NCBI RefSeq assembly: GCF_001194135.2
Contig: NC_068981.1
Span: forward strand, 63,872,343-63,936,342
Source: Octopus bimaculoides
Lineage: Eukaryota
Reading direction: 5' to 3'
Length of the DNA: 64,000 nucleotides
Positions 12,297 through 24,445 of the stretch are shown here, piece after piece; within the stretch, counting starts at the first letter, position 1; each line of letters begins with the position of its first letter. The notes below the pieces were generated by a model. It did no database searches and was not told the origin of the DNA. It saw only the letters and a program-made list of their open reading frames with translations. A program made the translations under genes and the position numbers.

Positions 12297-13732
12297 GTGG
12301 GCAATTATGGGGTGAATTTTAAGGCTTATAAATCTATTATTTTTCTATCCTTCCTCAATACCGGTTCCNNNNNNNNNNNNNNNNNNNNNNNNNNNNNNNN
12401 NNNNNNNNNNNNNNNNNNNNNNNNNNNNNNNNNNNNNNNNNNNNNNNNNNNNNNNNNNNNNNNNNNNNNNNNNNNNNNNNNNNNNNNNNNNNNNNNNNNN
12501 NNNNNNNNNNNNNNNNNNNNNNNNNNNNNNNNNNNNNNNNNNNNNNNNNNNNNNNNNNNNNNNNNNNNNNNNNNNNNNNNNNNNNNNNNNNNNNNNNNNN
12601 NNNNNNNNNNNNNNNNNNNNNNNNNNNNNNNNNNNNNNNNNNNNNNNNNNNNNNNNNNNNNNNNNNNNNNNNNNNNNNNNNNNNNNNNNNNNNNNNNNNN
12701 NNNNNNNNNNNNNNNNNNNNNNNNNNNNNNNNNNNNNNNNACAGACTAGACAGTTTATTGGTTTCATCCTCTCTTTTCTTCATAATTGGAGTAGATAGTA
12801 TGTTCTTGGGGTAGTTGTTTCTTAATAGATTGTTACTGAGCTTGATCATTTCCTCGTGGTGGGTATCACGATCGCTACTTATATTCTTTGCTCGGTGTTT
12901 TAGGCACTGAGCAATTCCTCTCTTTACACTGTATGGATGGTGGGAATTGAAGTTAAGGTATCGTCCAGTGAATGTTGGCTTGCGATATACGGATGTCCTG
13001 AATCCATACTCGGTGCGTGTTATTATTTTTGTGTTAACAACAAACAAGATGAGGACGAATATCCGTCAAATGTAGATAATGTAAATAATGTAAATAATTC
13101 CTCATCTCTTAAATATAGAACTAGATAGATAGATGTAATGGATACAAATCAATTTCTTGATTAATCAACGTACTAATAAATTAATTTCTATCCTTCATAC
13201 CTCTCTGCTTTCTAACTCAATAAAAATGCTTGATATCTTACGATATTCGATATAATATATTCATTGAAGGATTTTCTCTTCAAAATTTAATATATTAAAC
13301 CAGTGTATGTTGGATAAATATCCCTACAAGAAGTTTGAATATCCTCATTGCGAATCCATCTGTTTGTTTGTCTGTCTGTCTGTCTGTCTCTGTCTGTCTC
13401 TGTCTGTCTGTCTGTCTCTCCCTCTCTCTCTGTCTCACACTCTCTAATTAACTGTATATATGTGTGTGCTAGAAATGTTGTTAGAGTACTAGAAGTGGGA
13501 TTTTTAAATGGATACGATCTGCTGAACTCCGAAGATAAGTTGGATGACTGTCCGAACCCTGTAAGAAACAGAATGCTATGCTTCTACTTTACACTTACAG
13601 ACTTTTTGATAGGCCAACGTAAAGGCTGTCTTCAGGAGCTGGTTGTTGATGTTATTGTTATTCAGCTCTACACTATTTCGAATTGAGCAGCTATGCGATA
13701 TGTGTGAAGTTGACTTATCGACTACATACCGC

Positions 13733-13870
13733 AGGGGTCGGCAAACCGGGGTAAATTAGCACGAGTTGGGTAAAAATGAAATTCTTTGAGGTAATGAGGA
13801 CTCAGTAGACATAAGTAAAATTATATAAAAAAATGTGTTCCTTGTTACACCAGAAATTTTTCTTGTGGTA
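13733..13870 (+). mobile_element. hAT/Charlie-like transposon end fragment
   Basis: Starts CAGGGGTCGGCAAAC, a typical Charlie-group TIR; no partner TIR found. Confidence 0.35.
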
Positions 13871-14180
13871 TGAAGAGGCAGTCAAAAAGTTGCTGCCCTT
13901 TTCAAAAACCTACCTTTACAAACAAGGATTTTCCACTTCACTGAACATAAAAACAAAGCAGTATAATCGATTGAACCCTGAAGACTGTATCTAAATTGTT
14001 CTGGCTTCAAAATGCCCCAATTTCGATGTAATTGCAATAAAAATGAAACATCATTTCTCCAAAGCCTGAAGTGAAAACGTTTCTAGAAAAATCCTTATGT
14101 TTCATAATAAGGATATTAATTTATTTTATCGTATTTGTTTTATATTTTTTATATTTATAATTGCATTTTCCCTATTAATA

Positions 14181-14830
14181 TTGGGTCCTCCCATAAATAA
14201 TGCGGTTTTTTAATATTTCTTTTATTTTTCAAAACTACGATAAACAAAGTTCTTTTTTAATTTAAGATATACTCTCTTTCATTTTCTACAATGCTCTTAC
14301 ACCTATCTGGCAGACTTGCAAGGCCCCTCTTCCAAAATTCACTTGTTCGTGACGAAAAATACTCCACTACTACTGTTCTGACTCGTCAACAGAATTCATA
14401 TTTTTTCCGCCCGAATGATTTTGAAGACTGCAGAATAAATGATAACCAGATGGAGCAATGTCCGGCGAATATTGTGAGTGGGGCATCGTTTCCCATTCAA
14501 ACCGTTCCAGCCTTAGCAATGTCATTCTCGCTGTATGTGGCTGAGCATTATCTTGATGGAAGAACACCTTTTGTCTTTAAATCAAAGATGGTCAGAAAGT
14601 TTGTGAGGAACACATTGACCCAATGTACTAACTTTTCCGATGGCATGCAGGTGTCAATGAATGGTTGAATGACCAAATCCAAGCTTCTCTGCTAGTTCCT
14701 CAAAAATTACGATGGGACTTTGTTCCACCAGGGTTTGCAGGACGTCCTCGTCGAGCTCTACAGATCTTTCAAAAACGTTCAGAGTAAACCGTGTTCCACG
14801 TGAGAAATTGTACCAGTATTCAAAGTTTCA
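14181..14830 (-). mobile_element. Mariner (DD34D) transposon relic, internally deleted
   Basis: Peptides VELDEDVLQTLVEQSP..EELAEKLGFGHSTIH.HLHAIGKVSTLGQCVPHKL and FFHQDNAQPHTARMTL..WETMPHSQYSPDIAPSGYHLFCSLQNH; one TIR TA-TTGGGTCCTCCCATAAATAATGCGG at 14181. Confidence 0.85.
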
Positions 14831-14994
14831 AACTGTTTGGTTAAAAAGTAAATTAATTTTAAAAAATCTGTGATTGAGATGGAATAGATCGAAAGGAAAA
14901 GAAACGAAACAAAACGAAGTTGCAGATTTACCTTACATTTTTATATTTCGGGGTTATAACCGCCACTTCAGCGAATTTGGAAACGGCGAAGGAT

Positions 14995-15178
14995 GGCAAA
15001 ATCGGTGCTCAGATGTTTCAAATTTTGGCATAGTGCCAGCAATTTCGGGTGAGGGGATAAGTCGATTACATCGATCCCCAGTAAGCAACTAGTACTTATT
15101 TTATTAACCCCGAAAGAATGAGAGGTAAAGTCGACCTCGACGGAATGTGATCTCACAACGTTAAAGCGGCAAGAAATA
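14995..15178 (-). mobile_element. SINE type C2
   Basis: Reverse complement of the C consensus (GTCGACTTTACCTCTCATTCTTTCGGGG..AATAAGTAC..GGGGATCGATGTAATCGAC). Confidence 0.75.
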
Positions 15179-15524
15179 AGTTAAGGCAAGGAATTTGGAT
15201 ATGTTGTCAATCGATTAAATCGACAACATTACTTGATTTGTATTATGTGTTATTGAACTACGGTTAAATTTGAACTTAGGGAGCGAAGAGGAAAAGCAAA
15301 AAGAGGTCGCAGCTTGAATTTAATAAATTTTCTGGTTAACATCTGGTGAGTAATGAAATGTATCTGTTGGATGTCACGTAAAGTAGGGGTAAATGGTGGT
15401 GGCACATAATGAATACCGAAACATCAGTTAAGGAGTAAATTTAAGCAAAGCAAAACTGTTTCATGACCGTGAAATCATTTATGGCTTTATGCAGCTTACA
15501 TCCTGTCACATAGACACGCACACA

Positions 15525-15564
<40 letters not shown>

Positions 15565-15842
15565 CACACACATTCTCTTTCTCTCTCTCTCTCTCTCCTA
15601 CTCTCTTTTTCTCGCTCTATCTATCTACCTTTTTTCTTTCTGTCTTTTTCTCTTTCTTTCCACCTCACCCTCTCCTTCTCTCTCTATTTCTCTTCCTCCC
15701 AACTCTCTTACCCCTCTGTCTTTCACTGAAAAATAAACAAAAGTATGCAAACACATACAAACGTATGCACACATACCTATCCTTAAGTACAGATGTATTT
15801 GCAAATACTCACATGCATACACATTAATACATATGCATGCAT

Positions 15843-15875
<33 letters not shown>

Positions 15876-16789
15876 CATATGTATATATAAATGGGATAAT
15901 TTTGGAGTAGCATTGTGTGGTATTACTTATAAGCAATTGGAGCAAACTATTGTCAGGCTGGAAGAATACGAAAAGATGCAAAGTAAGCTACAAAGAGAAA
16001 TTGAAAAGAAAACAAAATTGCTGTTCTACCTTATTGCTGGTGAAATATAGAAATAAAAATAAAACTGCAACTATGTTGCGTTCCTGTTTTCTTTTCTTTT
16101 TGTTTTTGTAGTTTGTTTTCTACCCTCACGCATTATTCCGGCCTTGCACAACAAATCTCTTCATATATATATATATATATANNNNNNNNNNNNNNNNNNN
16201 NNNNNNNNNNNNNNNNNNNNNNNNNNNNNNNNNNNNNNNNNNNNNNNNNNNNNNNNNNNNNNNNNNNNNNNNNNNNNNNNNNNNNNNNNNNNNNNNNNNN
16301 NNNNNNNNNNNNNNNNNNNNNNNNNNNNNNNNNNNNNNNNNNNNNNNNNNNNNNNNNNNNNNNNNNNNNNNNNNNNNNNNNNNNNNNNNNNNNNNNNNNN
16401 NNNNNNNNNNNNNNNNNNNNNNNNNNNNNNNNNNNNNNNNNNNNNNNNNNNNNNNNNNNNNNNNNNNNNNNNNNNNNNNNNNNNNNNNNNNNNNNNNNNN
16501 NNNNNNNNNNNNNNNNNNNNNNNNNNNNNNNNNNNNNNNNNNNNNNNNNNNNNNNNNNNNNNNNNNNNNNNNNNNNNNNNNNNNNNNNNNNNNNNNNNNN
16601 NNNNNNNNNNNNNNNNNNNNNNNNNNNNNNNNNNNNNNNNNNNNNNNNNNNNNNNNNNNNNNNNNNNNNNNNNNNNNNNNNNNNNNNNNNNNNNNNNNNN
16701 NNNNNNNNNNNNNNATATATATATATATATATATAGGTTCAAATAAAGGAAAAAGACAAAAAACAGCAACAAAAAACAACAATGTGAGG

Positions 16790-17030
16790 ACGTGATACAG
16801 ATAGTGTTACTAGACGCTCGGGAAAGGAAAGAGAGAGAGAGATGTACTTGCATAGCAAGTGACCTGATCTGAGATCGTGTGCTGGAACGGAAACAATTGC
16901 AGCGTCGAAGGTGCTTATAAGCCATTTAAAATAACACACAAAAACCGTTAGAATCACTTCAACATTTAAATTTAATTTGTCAAAATATTTTCGACGCTTT
17001 GAGACCGCGACCTGTTCACTGACAAAGTTG
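16790..17030 (-). mobile_element. Unclassified repeat, probable Penelope-like terminal repeat carrying a hammerhead variant
   Basis: Non-coding segment ending in a hammerhead fold (16976-17026). Repeat status is inferred because only one copy occurs in the window. Confidence 0.4.
16976..17026 (-). ncRNA. Minimal type-I hammerhead ribozyme variant with G3:C8 swap
   Basis: TTTGTCA-GTGAACA-G-GTCGC-GGTCTCAAA-GCGTC-GAAA-ATAT-TT|TGACAAA: 7-bp perfect stem I, palindromic stem III AATATT, stem II GTCGC/GCGTC (one mismatch). Confidence 0.65.
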
Positions 17031-17081
17031 TGTGGTGCACAGAATTTTGTGCAGCACAAAATGTCGTATACATATTCTTTT

Positions 17082-17240
17082 ATTCGTTTATTCCTTTACT
17101 TTTTTCAGTCATTTGACAGATCATGCTAGAGCATCACCCGAGGCTATAGTAGAAGACACTCGCGCAAGGTGCCATGCGGTGGGACTGAAACCAGAACCAT
17201 GTGGTAGAGAAGCAAGCTTCTTATCACACAGCCACGTCAA
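17082..17240 (-). mobile_element. SINE type B, internally deleted
   Basis: Head GTGGCTGTGTGATAAGAAGCTTGCTTC..GGTTTCAGTCCCACCGCATGGCACCTTGCGCGAGTGTCTTC joined directly to the GCATGATCTGTCAAATGACTGAAA tail. Confidence 0.75.
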
Positions 17241-17936
17241 TGTAAATGTATGATTTATAGGTACATACACACACACTTGCATGAATGCATATCAAAATGC
17301 ATGGATTGATAAATTGATACAAATGTGGCTGCATGTAAGAATGGATATCTTTACGCAATATGTGTCTGTGTATGTGTGTTGGTGGGGGCGTGTGTGTGAA
17401 GTGGAGAAGGAAGTAAAGATAGAGAGTAGAATGGGTGTATGTATATGGAATGGGTTTGATATAGAAGCAAAGAAGAAAGTGTCAGTGTGCTATGGGTATA
17501 TCAATAATTGTTTTGGCAGATATATAATCATTTGTAGGAAAGGTCCACCTATGAATGCTCATAAAGGTCAAAATATTTGGAAGAAATAACAAAACAACAA
17601 TAACATTAAAAAATATTCATAGAAGCATGTAAAATAAAAAAAAATATAAAAAATTGTAATAAAAATAAAAATATAATACAACAAACAAAAACAAGTACGA
17701 CAACGAAAAGCGAATACAGTGTTTTCCAGCTTAACCCTTGCATTAGCAAACAGCGGATTATAGATTATCTCGTTTCGAATGGTTAAGCCTATTAAACCCA
17801 GAACGGTGAGTATAAACAAAACAAAAAACAAAAAAAGGAAAGAAAATAAACAGAAACAAATATATATTGCATGGCCACATCAAAGTTTTAAAAATGGCAA
17901 ATAATAATAATTATAATAATAATAATAATAATAATA

Positions 17937-17967
<31 letters not shown>

Positions 17968-17994
17968 GGAGGAGGAGGAGGAGAGGAGGAGAGT

Positions 17995-18120
17995 TTCAAG
18001 TTTTGGCGCATGGGCAGCGAATTCAGGGAAGGGGCCTAGTCGATTAGATCAGCCCCCAGTACTCTGCTAGTACTTATTGTATCAACCTCGAAAGGATGAA
18101 AGGCAAAGTTAACTTCGGCA
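17995..18120 (-). mobile_element. SINE type C2, 5'-truncated
   Basis: GCCGAAGTTAACTTTGCCTTTCATCCTTTCGAGGTTGATACAATAAGTAC.. abutting an (AAT)n tract. Confidence 0.75.
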
Positions 18121-18121
18121 G

Positions 18122-18126
18122 TAATG

Positions 18127-18200
<74 letters not shown>

Positions 18201-18218
18201 CATAATAATAATAATAAT

Positions 18219-18258
<40 letters not shown>
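18122..18258. repeat. (AAT)n microsatellite
   Basis: Direct reading; similar tracts at 17900-17940, 18607-18666, 63189-63320 and 63475-63590. Confidence 0.95.
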
Positions 18259-18369
18259 GAGCGTAAACCTTCGCGAAATCAACACCATCGTCCTCTCAAC
18301 GATTAACGGGAGATAATTTTTAAAATGAGAAAATCTGAAATAAACTCGACTGCTCTCACAAACGAGAAT

Positions 18370-18604
18370 ACTAAAAATGAACCTGGTCGCTCTCCAAAAT
18401 TAAGTAAAAAAAAAAAAAAAGAACAGAAAAAATAATCCAGAATCCTTGTCTAGTAGCGGATCGATCCCAAAATCTAATCAGTTCGTGCCAGTTACGAGGC
18501 CAAACATCACTGAAAGTTTCATCCGAATCCATCCAGCCGTTCTTGTCCACGGACAAGCAAACAAACACCACTGAAAGCAATACCTCCGCCTTAGCGAAGG
18601 CGGA

Positions 18605-18610
<6 letters not shown>
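18370..18610. mobile_element. Non-autonomous element with terminal GC-rich hairpin (Helentron/HINE-like?)
   Basis: 12-bp stem TACCTCCGCCTT-AGCG-AAGGCGGAGGTA at 18581-18608, preceded by (CAAA)-type repeats. Possible related fragments at about 19680-19790 and 51891-51950. Classification is inference. Confidence 0.4.
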
Positions 18611-18652
<42 letters not shown>

Positions 18653-18984
18653 TAATAATAATAATAAAGCTGGAAGTGCAAAAGATTGTCTTAACAGGTT
18701 CGCCACACGTATTGAAAAGAACATTGTCGCTGTGAATTTTCTTTTTTTCTTTTCCCCTTTTATTTTCTTTGTCTACTTTTGTATTTTTTATTTTTTTCTC
18801 TGTCTTTCTTCCCTTTTTTACTATCACATGACTTTGTAAATGGACAATTTGGTGTATTCATTTTAATGGCCTACCAATGTATACAGTGCGTTTCTCTGCC
18901 CTAAGTGTCAGGAAGACACTCGGCACGATATGGAAACAGAATTGAAAGATGATAACGAAAAACAAAAATAATAATAATAATAAT

Positions 18985-19158
18985 TTCAAATGTTGACACA
19001 AGGCCAGCAATTTCGGTGTGGGAGTGGGCTTGTGGATATCCTATCGACCCCTGAGAGGATGGATGGCTAAGTCAAACACGGTGGAATTTAAATTCAGAAC
19101 GTGAAGACGGACGAAACTCCGCTAAGCATTTTGGCCAGCGTGCTAACGATTCTATCAA
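18985..19158 (-). mobile_element. SINE type C2
   Basis: GATAGAATCGTTAGCACGCTGGCCAAAATGCTTAGCGGAG..GTTCTGAATTTAAATTCC.. through the CCTTGTGTCAACATTTGAAA tail. Confidence 0.75.
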
Positions 19159-19202
19159 GTAGTAGTAGTAATAGCAGCAGCAGCAGCAGTAGCAGTAGTT
19201 GT

Positions 19203-19257
<55 letters not shown>

Positions 19258-20109
19258 ATAGTAAAAGTACTAATGATTATAACGAAAGTAATTTAAAACA
19301 ACAAACAACGCACACAAACACACATTCGTCCGCGTAAAAGAAAGTTAAACCAATAGGAAACAAATCAAACACAAATACGTAGAAACATGCTCAGATGCAA
19401 ACAAAGAGTAGATATCCGCCCAGCCATCATTTGTATTTCATCCTTAATCCTGTGATGTCACGGCAACTTCATAGATTAATTAAGAACAGCCAGTGCTATC
19501 AGCGGCCATTATAGACCAGCTGGCCTACATCACATGACATCCCGTCCGCTATGGTCAGTGCACGTGCAAAAATACAAACACAGATGAAAACAAATAAATA
19601 AGCAAATAAAGATATTAAGAAGTAAATCAGAAAATTCAAAATGGCGACTTCCTCTTTTGACTAGCTCTGTTTTTTTTTTCTGTTTTTTTTTTTTTTTGTT
19701 AGTTTAGTTTTGCAGAGAAACATGGATGGATTCTGACAAATTATCACCGGTACTAGTGTGATTAAGGTCAGGTCAAAAAGGAAACGATAGTTACGCTAAC
19801 ACTAAGGCATCTTATGGGAAGGTGGAGTAACAGTCGGGGATGAAGGGGGGGGATAGGATTGTGTGGGATGGAGTAGAGAGGTCAGTGGTTGGAGCAAGTG
19901 CTTGAGGAGGACTAGAAAGAAAAAGGGAGGTAGAGAGAGGAAGATATAGAGAGAGAGGTGGGGTGTGTGCTGGTGGTGGTGGTGGTGGTAGTGCGAGTGT
20001 GTGTTGGAAGGATGGAGGTATAGACAAATAGGTACAAATAAGGGATGAGATAAAAAGAAAATAGGTGGAGGGGAAGTAAAGAAAAAAGTAAAGAACGAGA
20101 TCAAAGTTG

Positions 20110-20463
20110 TGAGGATGATAATAATGACCCTGATGTGATGGTGGTAGTGGTGGTGGTGGTGGTAGTGGTGGTGATGGTGGTGGTGGTGGTGGTGATGGTT
20201 GTAGCTTCGAAACAGATCCGATGCTACTTGTTACTGCTGCTGTGCCTTCTGCTGCAGCTGAAAGGTGATGATGAGGATGAGGATGAGGATGATGATGACG
20301 ATGATGATGATGAGGTGGTAGTGGTGATGCTGATAGTAGGGGTTGTGGTGATATGGTGATGATGATGATGATGATGATGAGGGTTGTGGTAGTGACGATG
20401 GTCGAAAAAAGAAGGCGATGTCGATGACGTTGATGACAATGAAACGACGACGACGACGATGAC

Positions 20464-20496
<33 letters not shown>

Positions 20497-20620
20497 TGTG
20501 GTGGTGGTGGTGGTGGTGATGGTGGTGGTGATGGTGGTGGGGTGGGGGTGGCGATGTTGGTGTTGTTGTATTTGGTGATGTGGGTGGTGTTGGGGATGGT
20601 GGTCATGATGATGATGATGA
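20110..20620. repeat. Compound (GGT)n/(GAT)n low-complexity tract
   Basis: Direct reading; complementary (CCA/CAT) tracts at 39257-39470, 39900-40235 and 54235-54445. Confidence 0.9.
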
Positions 20621-21204
20621 AGGTCTTGTCGCTGATAAGGGACGTCGTTCTGTTCGTGTGAGTGTGTGTGTGTAACGGCGAATGTGGTGCTGGCGATGGT
20701 GGTTCAAAAGCAAGCAAACGAACAAACAAACAAAACAACCAAACAAATCTCGTATCGGACGCTGTACAGAATAAGAAGAAATGGGTTGAGTTTGATAAGA
20801 TGGCTGTAGTGACAACAGGCTGTACTCATCACTCTTCCCACACTTTTGTTTTATTTTATTTGGGCTTTCTTTTATTTAATATTTTTTTTTGTATATTGTC
20901 GACGTTTCCTTAATACTACAACAGGATGTCACGAACCAACGAAGTCACCTTTCCTACACAGTCATGAATGTTGGTTAGAAATAGCAGCCAAATTTCTCAC
21001 ATGACATTCCCTATCTATCGTTCTTAAGGAAAACCGGATGATTATAGCCAAGATGCCTAAGATCACATAGGTCGATGCCGATAGGGTTGGGCAAGAGTTA
21101 AACACCTCAACCCCAAAGCCGCCACCACCACCACCACTACCACTACCACCACCACCACCACTACCACTACCACCACCACCACCATCATCCCCATCGCAAC
21201 CACC

Positions 21205-21809
21205 GATAGACTTGTGACTGGTGACAAAAAATGAATCTTCTATCGAAATGTTAAATGTCGTAAACAGTGGCTTGGTAAAAGGGAAAAAGCTCAACCACAA
21301 CCGAGAAGGGAACTTCATGGGAAAAAGGTTCTTCTTGCTATCTGGTGGGATTGCAAAGGAGTAATTCACTTTAAATTGTTACCACCTAATGCAACAAACG
21401 ATGCTCAAGTCTACTGTCAGCAATTAGAGCATTTGAACCAGGCTTTGAAGAAAAAAAAGACCCGCTTTAGTGAATCGAAAAGGAGTGATGTATCATCAGG
21501 ACAATGCACGACCCCACACTGCAAAGATCACATCACAGAAGATCGAATAGCTTGGTTGGGAAAAAATTCCTCAACCACCTTATTCTCCCGACCTTGCTCC
21601 TTCAGACTACCATTTGTTTCGTAGTTTACAGAATCATTTGGGGGACATAACTTTCGCAAGCCAGAAGGAGGTCGAAACTGACATTTCAGAGTTCTTCGCT
21701 TTGAAACCAAAAGAGTTTTACATTGATGGGATTAAAAAGCTTGTAAATAGATAGAAGGAAGTCATAGATAATCAGGAAAAGTACATTGATGATTAAATTT
21801 CAATTAAAT
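21205..21809 (+). mobile_element. Mariner DD34D transposase pseudogene (catalytic half)
   Basis: DRLVTGDKK*IFYRNV..LHGKKVLLAIWWDCKGVIHFKLL..YCQQL..RKGVMYHQDNARPHTAKIT..GWEKIPQPPYSPDLAPSDYHLFRSLQNH; 34 residues counted between the 2nd and 3rd D; stops and a frameshift; ends at an N gap. Confidence 0.92.
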
Positions 21810-21835
21810 NNNNNNNNNNNNNNNNNNNNNNNNNN

Positions 21836-21912
<77 letters not shown>

Positions 21913-22662
21913 TAATATCATTAAAAATTGAAAGAGAAGATGGCGATAAGATTAATGAAAGTTTATTAGTACATTGTCAAGACTAGACCTACAATTGTTT
22001 CAATTCATCCATTGCAACATAAAATCAACCGCACACATACATAGATACAATGATAAGCACGGTTAATTTACTAAACTGAGTTAAGTAGTTAAAATTATCT
22101 ACTAATAGGAAGGTAAAGGGAGAATATGTTAAGATTTAAGTAATATTATGATATTAAGGGAAAACAGAAATAGAAGAAATTGTGCTTAAATGAGCTTCCA
22201 TAGATGGCTTCAGATAGAAGAAAGGAGAATTACTTGACGCGGATGAATGTAGGTAAGAACAACAAAAATATATGGTAAATTATTAAGAGATGTTTAGAAT
22301 AAGTAATGATAAGATAGAAGATAATTAATGAATGAAGCTATTATTATATGTGCCATATAAATGTTAATTATTCAAATCTTTATATTTATATATACTAATT
22401 ATCCTGAAAATACATGCACACACTTATATTCGTAAATATAAAAATATATATGTACACACGCACAGATACACACACATATATAAATACTTATACATGCACA
22501 TAAATACACATATGCACACAGACACATACCTACATATATACCGAACATAGATTAAGTTATTTAATCTATTTAAAATTGGGTTATTCATGTATATGTACAC
22601 ACATACACACACACGTAGATGCATATATATATATATATGTATATATATATATTTATGTATGC

Positions 22663-22726
<64 letters not shown>

Positions 22727-23339
22727 TTATACACACACATCAAAACAGATAATGAACAAGCAAAAATTTTAATTTCATATTTATATGTTTTAACGTGTAT
22801 CAACCCGCTCAATGATGAATCACTTCTAGTCACCTTTGATAAGCAACTTCAACACCACATTTTTTAGTTGCGGTTGAAACCAGAGTTTTGGTAGTAATCT
22901 AACCTGAGCACTCCGGGTACGTACCAATCATGCCAATTACATCACGTCAATTGATGAAAATCTTTTGTATATACGTTATGTGAATATATATATGCATATA
23001 CGTGTATGCATGTATTTGCGTGCATCAGGACATATGTGCGTGTGTGTTCATGTGCGTGCGTTTGAGTGCGCGCATGATGGGGTTCTTTGGAGTTCTTTGT
23101 CTGTGAGAAGGAATATAAGTGTTTCAATGATTGGTCATACCAGATGTTGAAATGTCGATGAAATATCACAACACAGGCCGAAAGGGGATCACTATCATAT
23201 ATATATATATATATGCGTGTGTGCGTGCGTGTGTGCGTGCGTGCGTGTGTTTGTTTGTGTGTATGTGTCTGTGTGTGTATAAACATGTGTATATATATAT
23301 ACACACACGTATACAGGCATAATATATATATGCATGTAT

Positions 23340-23494
23340 AAAAATAAGAGGGATGACCAGCAAAAATGGACTCCTATATGCTAGAAATAGATGCCGAATC
23401 ATCTAACCACAAAAAAATATATGTCCTCAGTAAAAATTCAGTGACACAACAGACTGTAAAAGGGCAAGACAAATGGGTCATCCCTCTTATTTTT
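23340..23494. repeat. 19-bp perfect inverted repeat enclosing 117 bp
   Basis: AAAAATAAGAGGGATGACC (23340-58) / GGTCATCCCTCTTATTTTT (23476-94). Confidence 0.75.
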
Positions 23495-24120
23495 GTATGT
23501 AATATAATTTTAATCTTCGGATTTTTTTAATATGCTAGACCACTGGTTCAAATTGATTAATATCAATTTCTACCCTCATAAATAAATTTTTATATGCATG
23601 TATATATATATATGTGTGCGTGTATGTTATATATATATATATTTTTTTAATTATTTTTTTAATTATTTTTTTTATTTTATAGTTTCAGTTTAGAGCTGCG
23701 GCCATGCTGATATATTAAATATGTATGTATAGTGTATTGGGATTATCTCCCGTCACTTCCCTTTCTGTTGAAAAGAGTACATTAAAAACAATTAAACACC
23801 AACAACCACAGCCAGAAACAAAAGCAATGGGGAAATCATTAAGGTGTCATGATAGATAATAGATAAACGAAACGATGTTGTTGATTAGATAGTCTCTGAT
23901 GTTCTTCTCTTCACCAGCTTCGTGAATGATATTGTACTGATGTTGTGAGGAGGAGTGGTAACTATGATGATGATAGTGATGGAGGTGATCGTAAAGATGG
24001 TCGTTGTGGAGGTGAAGGGGTTTTGTGGTCGTCGTAATGGTAGTGGTATGTGAATTATCTGGGTAGTGATAATGAAAACGATGATAGCGCTGGCGTTGCT
24101 CTTCTTGGTATTATTGTTGT

Positions 24121-24445
24121 TGTGCGTGGCTTGGTGATTAGGGTATTCGGTTTATGATCGTAAGGTCGTGAGTTCGATTCCCGGCGGCGCGTTGTATCCT
24201 TGAGCAAGACAGTTTATTTTACGTTGCTCCAGTCCACTCAGCTGACAAAAGCGAGTCGTACCAGTAATTCAAAAGAGTCAGCCTTCTCACATTCTGTGTC
24301 ACGCCGAAACTCGCTGAGATCTACGTTACGAGTACGCATGTTTGTGGGGTGCTCAGCCACTTGTACGTTAATTTCACGAACACGCTGTTCCGTTCGTCGA
24401 TCGTGTCAGCTGGAACACACGTCGTTGCATCCGACGAAGTGCCAT
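24121..24445 (+). mobile_element. SINE type A2 with duplicated 3' end
   Basis: Head GTGCGTGGCTTGGTGATTAGG..GAGTTCGATTCCC, CORE-like CCTTGAGCAAGACAG, shared A tail; 64/63-bp tandem duplication at 24411-24537. Confidence 0.85.

Larger units (their letters stand above)
12050..13097 (-). mobile_element. Penelope-like retroelement, 5'-truncated, with inverted terminal tail
   Basis: Minus-strand peptide ITRTEYGFRTSVYRKPTFTGRYLNFNSHHPYSVKRGIAQCLKHRAKNISSD..HEEMIKLSNNLLRNNYP (about 13027-12750) is the typical PLE RT thumb/linker (SVYRKPT..YL.F.S.HP, NxYP). A 54-bp inverted repeat at 12050-12103 / 13030-13083 has 1 mismatch. An N gap hides the presumed GIY-YIG region. Confidence 0.9.

Noticed and set aside
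13490-13690. Possible exons (40-nt GTAAGT..TTACAG intron on minus; 112-aa ORF on plus)
   Set aside because: No recognisable protein and implausibly short intron.
15890-16050. Coiled-coil-like ORF WDNFGVALCGITYKQLEQTIVRLEEYEKMQ with GTAAGC donor
   Set aside because: Weak acceptor and no homology recognised.
19812-20738. 308-aa Pro/His/Ser-rich ORF
   Set aside because: Translation of (GGT)n/(GAT)n microsatellites; no non-repetitive domain.
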